A program made the position numbers and the translations under genes. A stretch of 64,000 bases of DNA from Candidatus Latescibacterota bacterium (lineage in GTDB: Bacteria > Latescibacterota > UBA2968 > UBA8231): positions 1,568,001 through 1,632,000 of the forward strand of contig OZ252098.1 in NCBI GenBank assembly GCA_965248355.1. The letters are read 5' to 3'. The notes below the pieces were generated by a model. It was not told the origin of the DNA and ran no database searches. It saw only the letters and a program-made list of their open reading frames with translations. This document shows, piece by piece, positions 47,251 to 56,783 of this stretch (position 1 is its first letter; the number at the start of each line of letters is the position of its first letter).

Positions 47251-48141
47251 ATGAACTACAGGCGTCTGTTGCCCATACTGGCAGGGTCGGCATCTCTGTT
47301 GCTCGCCGGGCCCGAAGCGGCCAGGGCCTGCGGAGGCTTCTTCTGCACGACGGCCCCGATGGATCAGGCGGGGGAACGCATCCTCTTCGCAGCCAGGGAC
47401 GGCGTGGTGACCACCCACGTGCAGATCCAGTACAGCGGCGAGGCCGCCGACTTCGCCTGGGTCCTGCCGGTGCCCTCACCTCCCGAGATCCGGGTCAGCC
47501 GCGACGAGCTTTTCAGCCAGCTCGACTTCGCCACCAGCCCGATCTTCTCTCTCGGTCTCGACGGGGCGTACGACAGGTGCGGTTACCAGGTGGAAGACTT
47601 CCTGGGTGGATGCAGCACCTGCGCCCAGACAGATGGCTTTCCCGTGGAGGTCGTCTCCAGGGATCGCGTCGGCCCCTACGAGAGCGTGGTCATAGCGGCC
47701 GAGGACGCCGAGGCGGTGGTGGACTGGCTCACCGACAACGGCTACCAACTGGGCGATACGGGCCCCGAACTGTTGTCCCCTACCTCGGGGCCTCCCGAGA
47801 TCATCCTGCGCCCGACCCTCGTGGAAGAAGTCGGTTCCACAAGCGGACCCGCCCGCTTCACCCTGCTGGAAAACTACCCGAACCCCTTCAACTCGAGAAC
47901 GGTCATACCCTTCAGGACTTCGATACCCGAGGGGAAGCAGGTGGACGCCACTCTGCGCATTTTCAATGTCCTCGGACAGCCGGTGCGCACGGTGTGGAAG
48001 GGAAAGGCGGGGGCGGGAGAGTCCCAGGTACACTGGGACGGTCTGGATGAGACCGGAACGCCCGTGCCCAGCGGGACCTACCTCTACCAGCTGGATGCCG
48101 GCTCCATCCGTATGAGCCGCAAGCTGACAGTGTTGAGTTGA
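47251..48141 (+). CDS. Internally deleted DUF2330-like protein fused to a T9SS-like/FlgD-Ig tail (possible pseudogene)
   Basis: ACGGFFC..DQAGERILF..QIQYSGEAADFAWVLPVP..VGPYE..WLTDNGY stops abruptly and joins ENYPNPFNSRTVI..WDGLDETG..SGTYLYQL. Confidence 0.7.
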   Translation: MNYRRLLPILAGSASLLLAGPEAARACGGFFCTTAPMDQAGERILFAARDGVVTTHVQIQYSGEAADFAWVLPVPSPPEIRVSRDELFSQLDFATSPIFSLGLDGAYDRCGYQVEDFLGGCSTCAQTDGFPVEVVSRDRVGPYESVVIAAEDAEAVVDWLTDNGYQLGDTGPELLSPTSGPPEIILRPTLVEEVGSTSGPARFTLLENYPNPFNSRTVIPFRTSIPEGKQVDATLRIFNVLGQPVRTVWKGKAGAGESQVHWDGLDETGTPVPSGTYLYQLDAGSIRMSRKLTVLS

Positions 48142-48163
48142 TCCTCGACTTCACGGAGACGGA

Positions 48164-48454
48164 ATGAGCGACGACAAAGAGCCTGCGGCCGATTCGGCCG
48201 CCCCCGAGGCAGACCGCGGAGCCCCCGCGACTGACAGGCCGCGGGCCCACCACTTCGTATACCTGCTGCTGGGGATCCTCTACCTGCTGCACAACGACCT
48301 GTGGCTGTGGGACGACGGCCGCCTGCTGGCCGGACTGCCCGCGGGGCTGGTCTACCACGTCGGCTTCTGCGCCGCCGCCGCCGGGATCCTCTACCTGCTG
48401 GTGACCCGGGCCTGGCCGGAGCACCTCGACGAGCAGGGGGAGGAGCAGCCTTGA
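48164..48454 (+). CDS. Small membrane protein (DUF3311-like partner of an SSS transporter)
   Basis: LHNDLWLW..GLPAGLVYH, two TM helices, overlaps the symporter start. Confidence 0.75.
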   Translation: MSDDKEPAADSAAPEADRGAPATDRPRAHHFVYLLLGILYLLHNDLWLWDDGRLLAGLPAGLVYHVGFCAAAAGILYLLVTRAWPEHLDEQGEEQP

Positions 48455-49911
48455 CCCTCGCCGTCATCGCCGTCTACCTCGGCCTCGTGATCCTCGTCGG
48501 CTCCCTGAGCCACCGGCTCTTCCGGGGCACGGGCGAGGACTACTTCGTGGCCAGCCGCTCCATCGGCCCCTTCCTCCTGCTCATGTCCCTCTTCGGGACC
48601 AACATGACGGCCTTCGCCATCCTCGGGGCCTCGGGCGAGGCCTACCACGCGGGCATCGGCGTGTTCTCCCTCATGGCCTCCTCCTCGGCCCTCGTCATCC
48701 CCTGCGTGTTCTTCTTCGTCGGCACCCGCGTGTGGGCCCTCGGCAAGCGCCACGGATTCCTGACCCAGGCCGAGTTCTTCCGCCAGCGCTGGCAGTCGGA
48801 CGGGCTCGGCCTGCTGCTGTTCGCCGTCCTCGTGGCCCTGCTGGTGCCCTACCTCCTGATCGGCATCATGGCCGGCGGCCTGACCCTGCAGCAGATCACC
48901 GGCGGCCAGGTGCCCGAGTGGGCCGGCGGCCTGCTGGTCTGCGCCGTGGTCATGACCTACGTCTGCTACGGCGGGCTGCGCGGCACGGCCTGGGCCAACG
49001 CCTTCCAGACCCTGGTCTTCACCATCCTGGGTGGGGTCGCGTTCTACGTCATCATCAGCCGCCTGGGCGGCCTGCAGGCGGCCATGACCGCCGTCGGCGA
49101 GGCCCACCCCGACCTGCTGGTGCGCGGCGACCACATCAAGCCCCTGAAGCTGCTCACCTACACCTGCATCCCCCTGTCGGTGGGCATGTTCCCGCACATG
49201 TTCATGCACTGGCTCACGGCGCGCAGCGCCCGCACCTTCCGCACGCCCCTGGTCCTCTACCCGCTGTGCATCGCCGCCGTGTGGGTGCCCAGCGTCGTCC
49301 TCGGCGTCTCGGGGCGCCTCGACTTCCCGGCCCTGAAGGGCCCGGCGGCCAACTCGATCCTCGTGCGCCTCATCGACCTGCACGCCCCGGAGGTGATGGC
49401 CGGCCTGCTGGCGGCCGGAGTGTTCGCCGCGGTCATGTCCTCCCTCGACTCCCAGGTCCTGTCGGTGGGCACCATGTTCACCCAGGACGTGGTGCGCCGC
49501 TACGGCTCCCGCGACGGCATGTCCGAGCGCCGGCAGGTCCTCTACGGACGCCTCTTCGTGGTCCTCGTCCTGATCGTGGCCTACGTCCTGGCCCAGGTCT
49601 CGAACCGCTCGATCTTCCAGCTCGGGGTCTGGTCCTTCACCGGCTTCGCCTCCCTCTTCCCGGTGGTGGCGGCCGCCGTGTTCTGGCGGCGCAGCACCCG
49701 CCACGGCGCCTTCGCCTCCATCGCCAGCGTCGTCGTCCTCTGGACCTGGTTCTTCAGCCGCGGCTGGGAGAGCCCGGGCTACACCCTGGCCGGCGGCGTC
49801 ATGCCCGTGGCCGTCATCCTCGCCGTCTCGGCGGCCGCCATGGTCCTCGTGTCGCTGGCCACGCGGCCGCCGGACCGCTCCGTGGTCGACCGCTTCTTCC
49901 CCCAGGACTGA
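48451..49911 (+). CDS. Sodium:solute symporter family protein
   Basis: TTG start with AGGAG RBS. EDYFVASRSIG, YGGLRGTAWAN, AAVMSSLDSQ. Confidence 0.92.
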   Translation: MTLAVIAVYLGLVILVGSLSHRLFRGTGEDYFVASRSIGPFLLLMSLFGTNMTAFAILGASGEAYHAGIGVFSLMASSSALVIPCVFFFVGTRVWALGKRHGFLTQAEFFRQRWQSDGLGLLLFAVLVALLVPYLLIGIMAGGLTLQQITGGQVPEWAGGLLVCAVVMTYVCYGGLRGTAWANAFQTLVFTILGGVAFYVIISRLGGLQAAMTAVGEAHPDLLVRGDHIKPLKLLTYTCIPLSVGMFPHMFMHWLTARSARTFRTPLVLYPLCIAAVWVPSVVLGVSGRLDFPALKGPAANSILVRLIDLHAPEVMAGLLAAGVFAAVMSSLDSQVLSVGTMFTQDVVRRYGSRDGMSERRQVLYGRLFVVLVLIVAYVLAQVSNRSIFQLGVWSFTGFASLFPVVAAAVFWRRSTRHGAFASIASVVVLWTWFFSRGWESPGYTLAGGVMPVAVILAVSAAAMVLVSLATRPPDRSVVDRFFPQD

Positions 49912-49917
49912 GCCACC

Positions 49918-51231
49918 GTGAGGGTTGCCTGCATCACCGCCGGCGCCGGCGGCATGTACTGCGGCAGCTGCATCCACGACAACACCCTGGCCGCGGCCCT
50001 GATGCGCCTCGGCGTCGACGTGACCCTCGTGCCCACGTACACCCCCCTGCGCACCGACGAGGAGAGCGTCAGCCTGGAGCGCGTGTTCTACGGCGGCATC
50101 AGCGTCTACCTGGCGCAGAAGTCCGCCCTCGTGCGGCGCCTGCCCCCCTGGGCGACGCGCCCCCTCGACCGGCCGGGGCTGCTGCGCTGGGCCGCCGGCC
50201 GCTTCGCGGGATCGACCGAGGCCCGGGACCTGGGCGCCCTCACCCTCTCGGTGCTGCGGGGCGAGGAGGGGCGCCAGCGCCGCCAGCTGGAGGAGCTGTG
50301 CCGGTGGCTGGCGCGGGACCTGCGTCCGGATCTCGTGCAGCTCACCAACACCATGTTCGCCGGTCTGGCGGGGCCGCTGAAGCGGGCCCTCGGCCGGCCG
50401 GTGCTGTGCGCCGTCCAGGGGGAGGAGATCTTCCTCGACCGCCTCGTGGAGCCCTTCCGCGCCCAGGCCCGCGAGGAGCTGCGCCGGCGCGCCGCCGAGG
50501 TGGACGGGTTCCTGTCGCCGAGCGCCGTGTACGCCGATTTCATGGCCGGCTACCTGGATGTGCCGAGGGACCGCTTCCACGTGGTGCCCCTCGGCCTGCG
50601 GCTGGAGGGGCACGGCCCGCCCCCGGAGACAGGGCGGGGCCCCGGACCGTTCCGCATCGGCTTCCTGGCCCGCATCTGCCCGGAGAAGGGCCTGCACGTG
50701 GCCGCCGGCGCCCTGCGCCTGCTGGCCGAGCGCCTGGGGCCCGAGGCCGTGCGCCTGGAGGCCGCCGGCTGGCTGGGCCCGGCGGACCGCGCCTGGTTCG
50801 AGGAGGTGAAGGGCGGGCTCGAGGCCGACGGTCTGGCCTTCGCGTACCACGGCGCCGTGGACCGCGCCGGCAAGATCGAGTTCCTTCGGAGCCTGCACGC
50901 CCTGACCGTGCCGGCCCCCTACCACGAGCCCAAGGGCCTGTACGTGCTCGAGGCGCTGGCCAACGGCGTCCCCGTGGTGCAGCCCCGGCACGGCGCCTTC
51001 CCGGAGCTGGTGGAGGGCACCGGCGGCGGCCTGCTCGTGGACGCGGCGGAGCCGGAGGCGGTGGCCGCGGGGCTGCAGGCGCTCTTCGAGGACGAGGAAC
51101 ACCGCCTGCGCCTCGGCCGCCAGGGCCGGGAGGCGGTGCACGAGAGATACGGCGACGCGGTGATGGCGGCGCGGACCCGCGAGATCTACGAGCGCTTCCT
51201 GCCCCGGCCCGAACGAAAGGATGCCCCATGA
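49918..51231 (+). CDS. Glycosyltransferase family 4
   Basis: ARICPEKGL and EPKGLYVLEALANGVPVVQPRHGAFPE. Unusual N-terminal GMYCGSC motif. Confidence 0.9.
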   Translation: MRVACITAGAGGMYCGSCIHDNTLAAALMRLGVDVTLVPTYTPLRTDEESVSLERVFYGGISVYLAQKSALVRRLPPWATRPLDRPGLLRWAAGRFAGSTEARDLGALTLSVLRGEEGRQRRQLEELCRWLARDLRPDLVQLTNTMFAGLAGPLKRALGRPVLCAVQGEEIFLDRLVEPFRAQAREELRRRAAEVDGFLSPSAVYADFMAGYLDVPRDRFHVVPLGLRLEGHGPPPETGRGPGPFRIGFLARICPEKGLHVAAGALRLLAERLGPEAVRLEAAGWLGPADRAWFEEVKGGLEADGLAFAYHGAVDRAGKIEFLRSLHALTVPAPYHEPKGLYVLEALANGVPVVQPRHGAFPELVEGTGGGLLVDAAEPEAVAAGLQALFEDEEHRLRLGRQGREAVHERYGDAVMAARTREIYERFLPRPERKDAP

Positions 51232-51692
51232 CGTGGCTGCTCTTCGCGCTGATGACCGTGTTCTGCTGGGGGGCCTACGGGGTGCTGCTGCACACCGGCG
51301 TGACGGCCATGGCCGATCCGGTGAACGGACGCTTCAAGGCCTTCCTCTTCGTGGGCGCCGCTTACCTGGTGGTGGCGGTCCTGGGCTCGCTGATCGCCCT
51401 GAAGGTCAACAACGTGCAGTGGCAGAGCCTGCCCGCCTCGGGCATCGCCTGGTCGACGATCGCCGGCGTCGCGGGCGCCGCCGGGGCCTTCGGCATCCTG
51501 CTGGCCTTCGGCGCCGGAGGCACGCCGGCCGTGGTCATGTCCCTCGTCTTCGCCGGGGCCCCCGTGGTCAACGCCGTGGTGGCCATGGCCGCGCACCCGC
51601 CGGCGGGCGGGGCCCTCAACTGGCCCTTCGTCCTCGGCGTCCTCATGGCCGCCGGCGGCGGGTTCCTGGTGACCCTCTTCCGCCCCACCTGA
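51228..51692 (+). CDS. Small multi-TM membrane protein (EamA/DMT-like)
   Basis: MTWLLFALMTVFCWGAYGVLLH..VMSLVFAGAPVVNA, five hydrophobic segments, ATGA overlap. Confidence 0.75.
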   Translation: MTWLLFALMTVFCWGAYGVLLHTGVTAMADPVNGRFKAFLFVGAAYLVVAVLGSLIALKVNNVQWQSLPASGIAWSTIAGVAGAAGAFGILLAFGAGGTPAVVMSLVFAGAPVVNAVVAMAAHPPAGGALNWPFVLGVLMAAGGGFLVTLFRPT

Positions 51693-51697
51693 GCCCG

Positions 51698-52120
51698 GTG
51701 GCCTCCGAGTTCCGCACCCGGCGCCGCATCGAGTTCGAGGACACGGACGCGGCCCGGATCGTTCACTTCTCGCGCTTCTACGCCTTCATGGAACAGGCCG
51801 AGCACGCCTTCCTGCGCTCCCTCGGCCTGTCCGTGGACATGGAGATCGAGGGCCGCCGTCTCGGCTGGCCGCGGCTGGCGGCGTCGTGCGAGTTCCTCGA
51901 GCCCGTGCGCTTCGAGGAGGAGGTCGAGGTCCACCTCACCGTCAAGCGCAAGGGGCGGAAGTCGATGACCTGGGCCGTCGAGTTCTCCCGCGGCGGCCGG
52001 GCCGTGGCCCGCGGCGAGATCACCTCGGTCTGCTGCCTGTGCGGGGAGGACGGGTCCCTCACGGCGATTCCGATCCCCGAGGTCTTCGCCTCCCGGATCG
52101 AGGAGCACGGACCGGCCTAG
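51698..52120 (+). CDS. Acyl-CoA thioesterase (4HBT/YbgC hot-dog fold)
   Basis: RRIEFEDTDAARIVHFSRFYAFMEQAEH. Confidence 0.9.
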   Translation: MASEFRTRRRIEFEDTDAARIVHFSRFYAFMEQAEHAFLRSLGLSVDMEIEGRRLGWPRLAASCEFLEPVRFEEEVEVHLTVKRKGRKSMTWAVEFSRGGRAVARGEITSVCCLCGEDGSLTAIPIPEVFASRIEEHGPA

Positions 52121-52813
52121 GTGGGCGGCCCGGACCGATCCCGAGCGCCGGCCCTCGTCCTGCGCCGGCTGAGCAAGTCCTTCGGCGGCGGCGCCGTGCC
52201 CGTCCTCGTGGAGATCGATCTCACCCTGGAGACCGGCGCGTCGGTGGCCGTCACCGGCCCCTCCGGATCGGGCAAGAGCACCCTGCTGCACCTGGTCGGC
52301 ACCCTCGACGAGCCCACCGGCGGGAGCCTCGAGGTGGACGGCGCCGACCCCTTCGCCCTCGGCGAGACCGACCTGGCCCGCTTCCGCAACGACGTGATCG
52401 GCTTCGTCTTCCAGGACCATCACCTGCTGCCCCAGCTCGACGTGCTCGAGAACGTGCTGCTGCCCACCCTCGCCTTCGGAGCGCCCGGGGACGACGACGA
52501 GGAACGGGCCCGGGACCTGATCGAGCGCGTCGGCCTGTCCCACCGGCTCGGGCACCGGCCGGGGCAGCTCTCCGGCGGCGAGCGCCAGCGGGCGGCGGTG
52601 GCCCGGGCCCTGATCCGCCGCCCGCGGCTGCTGCTGTGCGACGAGCCCACGGGCGGCCTCGACCGGACCACGGCCGGGGCGGTGGCCGACCTGCTCTTCG
52701 AGCTGCACCGCCAGGAGGGCGCCCTGCTCCTGCTCGCCACCCACCACGAGGGGCTGGCCGGGCGCTGCGACCGCGTCCTCGAGCTGCGCGACGGACGGTG
52801 CTTCGAAGCCTGA
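52121..52813 (+). CDS. ABC transporter ATP-binding protein (LolD/MacB type)
   Basis: GPSGSGKST, GFVFQ, LSGGERQR, LCDEPTG. Confidence 0.95.
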   Translation: MGGPDRSRAPALVLRRLSKSFGGGAVPVLVEIDLTLETGASVAVTGPSGSGKSTLLHLVGTLDEPTGGSLEVDGADPFALGETDLARFRNDVIGFVFQDHHLLPQLDVLENVLLPTLAFGAPGDDDEERARDLIERVGLSHRLGHRPGQLSGGERQRAAVARALIRRPRLLLCDEPTGGLDRTTAGAVADLLFELHRQEGALLLLATHHEGLAGRCDRVLELRDGRCFEA

Positions 52814-55800
52814 TCCACTACCGGCGGGTGCACGCCGCAACGGCCCTCGCCGCGGCGGTGTGCGCGGCCGTGCTCACCGGCGCCCTGGTCGTGGGCGACT
52901 CGGTGCGCGACAGCCTGCGGAACCTGGCCCTGGACCGTCTGGGGCGGGTGGAGCACGCCGTGGTGCGGGCCCGCCTCCTGCGCGCCGGGCTGGCCGCGGA
53001 ATGGCCCGCGGGCACGGCGCCGGTCCTGCTCCGGCCCGGGGCCGCCGCCCACGCCGCCTCCGGCGCCCGGGCCGGCGGGCTCCAGGTCCTCGGCGTGGAC
53101 GGCCGCTTCGCGGACCTGTTCCCGGAGGGCGAGGCCGCCGCGGCCCTCGCCGCCTTCCTCGACGGAGCCGGGGACCGGCCGGTGGGATCGCCGGCCGTGC
53201 TGCTCACCGAGAGCCTGGCCCGCGAGCTGAACGCGGCTCCCGGCGATCTCCTGCTCCTGAGCCTGCAGCGCCCGCCCGAGGTCAACCCGGAGACCCTCTT
53301 CGGCCGCCGCCGGCCGGAGGAGGTGGTGCGCCGCCTGCGCTGCGCGGTGGCCGGCGTGGTCCCGGAGCGGGGGCCGGGCCGGTTCGCCATGGAGGCGCAC
53401 CAGAGGGCGCCGCGCATCCTCTTCGCCCGCCTGGGGGACCTGCAGCGGGCCCTCGATCTCGCCGGCCGCGCCGATCTCCTGCTGGTGCCCGGATCCGCGC
53501 AGGGCCCGCCCTCCGACCCGGGGAGGCTGCGCCGGCGGCTCGACGAGGCCCTGGAGCTGGCCGACCTCGACCTGGTCCTGGAGGACCGCGGCGACCACCT
53601 GTCCCTGGAGAGCCGCCGGTTCGTGCTCGATCACGGCCTCGGCGGGAGCGTCCTGGCCGCGGCCCGGCGACTGGGGCTGCCGAGCCTCGCCGTGTCCACC
53701 TACCTGGCCAATGCGATCGACGTGGGGGACCGCTCGCTGCCGTACTCGACGATCGCCGCCCTGGAGGCCGATCCACCCGGGAGCTGGGGCCCCGTACCGC
53801 CCGCCGGGAAGGGACTCGTTCTCAACGACTGGGCGGCGCTCGATCTGGGGGCCGGCGCCGGCGACGAGGCGGTCCTCCACTACTACGCCTTCGGCCCGCG
53901 GGAGGAACTGATCGAGCGCCGGGCGGCCCTCCAGATCTCCGGCCGGGCGACGATGACCGGCCTGGGGGCGGACCCGGGCCTGACCCCCGACTACCCGGGG
54001 ATCGGCGAGGCGGGCCGCATGTCGGACTGGTCGGCGCCCTTCCCCGTCGACCTGGGCCGCATCCGGCCGCGGGACGAGGACTACTGGGACCGCTACCGCG
54101 CCGCCCCCAAGGCCTTCCTCTCCCGCGAGGAGGGCCGCCGCCTGTTCTCCAGCCGCCTCGGGGAGCTGACCTCCGTGCGCCTGCAGCCGGCCGAGGGCGA
54201 GAGCCTGGAGAGCGCGGCCCGGCGGTTCACGGAGGCCCTGCTCGAGGAGGTCGGTTCCGCGGCCGCCGGCTACGAGGTGCGGCCCCTGCGCGCCGCGGGC
54301 CTGGCCGCCGCCGAAGGTGCCACCGACTTCGGAGGCCTGTTCCTCGGCTTCAGCCTGTTCCTCATCGCGGCGGCCTCCCTGCTCACGGGACTGCTCTTCC
54401 GGCTGGGGGTGGAGCAGCGGGCCGGGGAGGCCGGCCTGCTCCTGGCCGCCGGGTTCCCGCCGAAGGCGGTGCGCCGGCGCCTGCGGGCCGAGGCCCTGGT
54501 CGTCGCCGGCGTCGGCTGCGCCCTCGGCCTGGCCGGCGCCGCGGGGTACGGCTGGCTGATGATGGCCGGTCTGCGCACCTGGTGGCAGGCCGCCGTGGGC
54601 ACCTCGGCCCTCCACCTGCACCTGTCGCCGGCGACCCTGGCCTCCGGCGCCCTGCTGTCCATGGCGGCGGTCCTTGCGGCCATGGGGCTCACCCTTCGCC
54701 GCCTGGGGCGCACACCGGCCCGGACGCTGCTGGCCGGAGCCGTCGAGGCCGGGGCCCCCGGTCCGGGACGCGGATCCCGGATCCTGGCGCCGGCGGCGGC
54801 GCTGGCCGGCCTGGCCCTCGCCGGGTCCGCCGCCTTCGGCGCGGCCTCCCCGGGGCTGGCGGCCGGCCTGTTCTTCGCCGCCGGAGCCCTGTTGCTGGTG
54901 GCCGGGCTGGCCCTGTTCTCGCAGTGGATGCGGAGGGCCCGGACGGCATCGGCCCGCCCCCGGCGTTCCGCATCGATCGCCGCCGCCGGGGCCCGCAACA
55001 TCCCGCGCCACCCCGGCCGCAGCCTCACCGCCGTGGGCCTGGTGGCCTGCGCCGTCTTCGTCATCGCCGCCGTCGGCGCCCACCGCCCCACAGTTGTCTC
55101 GGACGGCCAACTCCCGCCGGGGGCAGGGGGGTTCGCCGTGGTGGCCGAGTCGGACCTGCCCGTGCACGGCGACCTGAACGACGCCGCCGTCCGCCGGGGG
55201 CTGGGGCTGCCCGCGACCCTGGAGGAAAGCCTGGGATCCATCCGCATCCTGCAGTTGCGCTCGCGGCCGGGGGAGGACGTGAGCTGCCTGAACCTCTACC
55301 GGCCCGGGCGGCCGCGCCTGCTCGGAGCGCCGCCGGCCCTGATCGAGAGGGGCGGCTTCCCCTTCGCCTCCCATGTGCCCCTGGCCCCGCACATGGCCGG
55401 CAACCCCTGGCGGCTGCTGGAGGAGGATCTCGGCCCCGGCGTGGTGGCCGCCGTGGCCGACGCCAACTCGGCCCAGTGGATCCTGCACCGGGGCCTGGGG
55501 GAGGACCTGACCATCCACGACGCCGCGGGCCGGCCCGTGCGGCTGCGCCTGGTGGCCCTGCTGCAGGGCTCGATCTTCCAGAGCGAGCTGCTGATCGCCG
55601 AGGCCGCCTTCGAGCGCCTCTTCCCGGAGCGCGCCGGGTACGGCTTCTTCCTCATGGAGACGCCGTACGAGGCGCGGGTGCCGGCGCTGATCGCCGGCCT
55701 CGAGCGCGGCCTGCGCGACTTCGGCTTCGACGCCGCCCCCGCCGCCGGCCGCCTGGCCCGCTTTGCCGAGATCGAGAGCACCTACCTGTCCACCTTCCAG

Positions 55801-56151
55801 AGCCTCGGGGGCCTGGGCCTGCTGCTGGGCACCCTCGGGCTGGGCCTGCTGCTGCTGCGCAACGCCTTCGAACGGCGAGGCGAGCTGGCGGCCCTGCAGG
55901 CCTTCGGCTTCCGCCGCCGGAGACTGGCGCGGTTGCTGTTCTGGGAGACCGCCCTGCTGCTGCTGGCCGGCGTCGCCCTCGGCGCCCTGGCCGCGGCCGT
56001 GGCCAGCCTGCCGCACCTGGGGCCGCGGCTGCCGTGGGCCTCTCTCGGGTCGACCCTGGCGCTGGTGGTGGCCGCCGGATGGCTGGCCAACGCCGCCGCG
56101 GTGCGCCTGGCCCTGCGCGGCAACCTGCTGCCGGCGCTCAAGGGCGAGTGA
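52798..56151 (+). CDS. Large FtsX/MacB-type ABC permease (duplicated domains)
   Basis: GTG start at 52798. VLTGALVVGDSVR, FGGLFLGFSLFLI..EQR, YLSTFQSLGGLGLLLG..ERRGELA. Confidence 0.88.
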   Translation: MLRSLIHYRRVHAATALAAAVCAAVLTGALVVGDSVRDSLRNLALDRLGRVEHAVVRARLLRAGLAAEWPAGTAPVLLRPGAAAHAASGARAGGLQVLGVDGRFADLFPEGEAAAALAAFLDGAGDRPVGSPAVLLTESLARELNAAPGDLLLLSLQRPPEVNPETLFGRRRPEEVVRRLRCAVAGVVPERGPGRFAMEAHQRAPRILFARLGDLQRALDLAGRADLLLVPGSAQGPPSDPGRLRRRLDEALELADLDLVLEDRGDHLSLESRRFVLDHGLGGSVLAAARRLGLPSLAVSTYLANAIDVGDRSLPYSTIAALEADPPGSWGPVPPAGKGLVLNDWAALDLGAGAGDEAVLHYYAFGPREELIERRAALQISGRATMTGLGADPGLTPDYPGIGEAGRMSDWSAPFPVDLGRIRPRDEDYWDRYRAAPKAFLSREEGRRLFSSRLGELTSVRLQPAEGESLESAARRFTEALLEEVGSAAAGYEVRPLRAAGLAAAEGATDFGGLFLGFSLFLIAAASLLTGLLFRLGVEQRAGEAGLLLAAGFPPKAVRRRLRAEALVVAGVGCALGLAGAAGYGWLMMAGLRTWWQAAVGTSALHLHLSPATLASGALLSMAAVLAAMGLTLRRLGRTPARTLLAGAVEAGAPGPGRGSRILAPAAALAGLALAGSAAFGAASPGLAAGLFFAAGALLLVAGLALFSQWMRRARTASARPRRSASIAAAGARNIPRHPGRSLTAVGLVACAVFVIAAVGAHRPTVVSDGQLPPGAGGFAVVAESDLPVHGDLNDAAVRRGLGLPATLEESLGSIRILQLRSRPGEDVSCLNLYRPGRPRLLGAPPALIERGGFPFASHVPLAPHMAGNPWRLLEEDLGPGVVAAVADANSAQWILHRGLGEDLTIHDAAGRPVRLRLVALLQGSIFQSELLIAEAAFERLFPERAGYGFFLMETPYEARVPALIAGLERGLRDFGFDAAPAAGRLARFAEIESTYLSTFQSLGGLGLLLGTLGLGLLLLRNAFERRGELAALQAFGFRRRRLARLLFWETALLLLAGVALGALAAAVASLPHLGPRLPWASLGSTLALVVAAGWLANAAAVRLALRGNLLPALKGE

Positions 56152-56783
56152 GCGTGGCCCGGGCTCCCCTCACGGTCCGCCGCATCGCCGGGGCCCTTGC
56201 CGGCCGCGAGCCCGTGGTCCGGCCCGGCGGCGGGGAACGCGCCGCGGTAGCCCTGCTGCTGCACGATTCCGCGGAGGAGGAGGCGCCGCGGCTGCTGCTC
56301 ATCGAGCGCGCCCGGCGCGAGGGCGATCCCTGGTCCGGCGACCTGGCCTTCCCCGGCGGCCGCATGGAGCCCGGCGACGCCGGCGAGCGCGCCGCCGCCG
56401 AGCGCGAGACGGCCGAGGAGATCGCCGTCGATCTGGCCGCCGTCCGCTGCCTCGGGCGGCTCGACGACATGTCCGCCAGCCTGCTGCCCATGACGGTGGC
56501 CGCCTTCGTGTATTCCGTCGAATCCGCAACCGTTCCCGCCCTGTCCCTGTCGGAGGAGGTCACGGAGGCCTTCTGGGTCCCCCTGCCCGACCTCTTCGAC
56601 CGCCGCCGGCTGCGCGAGCACCGTCTGCGGCGGGGGACGGCCGAGCACCGCTTTCCCGCCCTCGACCTGCTCGGCCCCGGCCGCCCGCTCCTGTGGGGGC
56701 TCAGCTACCGGTTCATCCGCTCCCTGGGCGACCTGGTGGACGAGTCCCGACCCGAGACCGGGGCCCCGGAGCCCCCGCGGTGA
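56148..56783 (+). CDS. Nudix hydrolase, CoA pyrophosphatase-like
   Basis: AAVALLL..LLLIERA..WSGDLAFPGG..AAERETAEEI..WGLS. Confidence 0.88.
   Translation: MSVARAPLTVRRIAGALAGREPVVRPGGGERAAVALLLHDSAEEEAPRLLLIERARREGDPWSGDLAFPGGRMEPGDAGERAAAERETAEEIAVDLAAVRCLGRLDDMSASLLPMTVAAFVYSVESATVPALSLSEEVTEAFWVPLPDLFDRRRLREHRLRRGTAEHRFPALDLLGPGRPLLWGLSYRFIRSLGDLVDESRPETGAPEPPR

Noticed and set aside
48391..56783. Very long alternative-frame ORFs (e.g. 52420..56016 -, 52860..56783 +, 48732..51692 +, 48391..51141 -)
   Set aside because: These are Arg/Pro/Gly-rich shadow frames caused by high GC. Only the C-terminal parts of some of them are the real genes listed.
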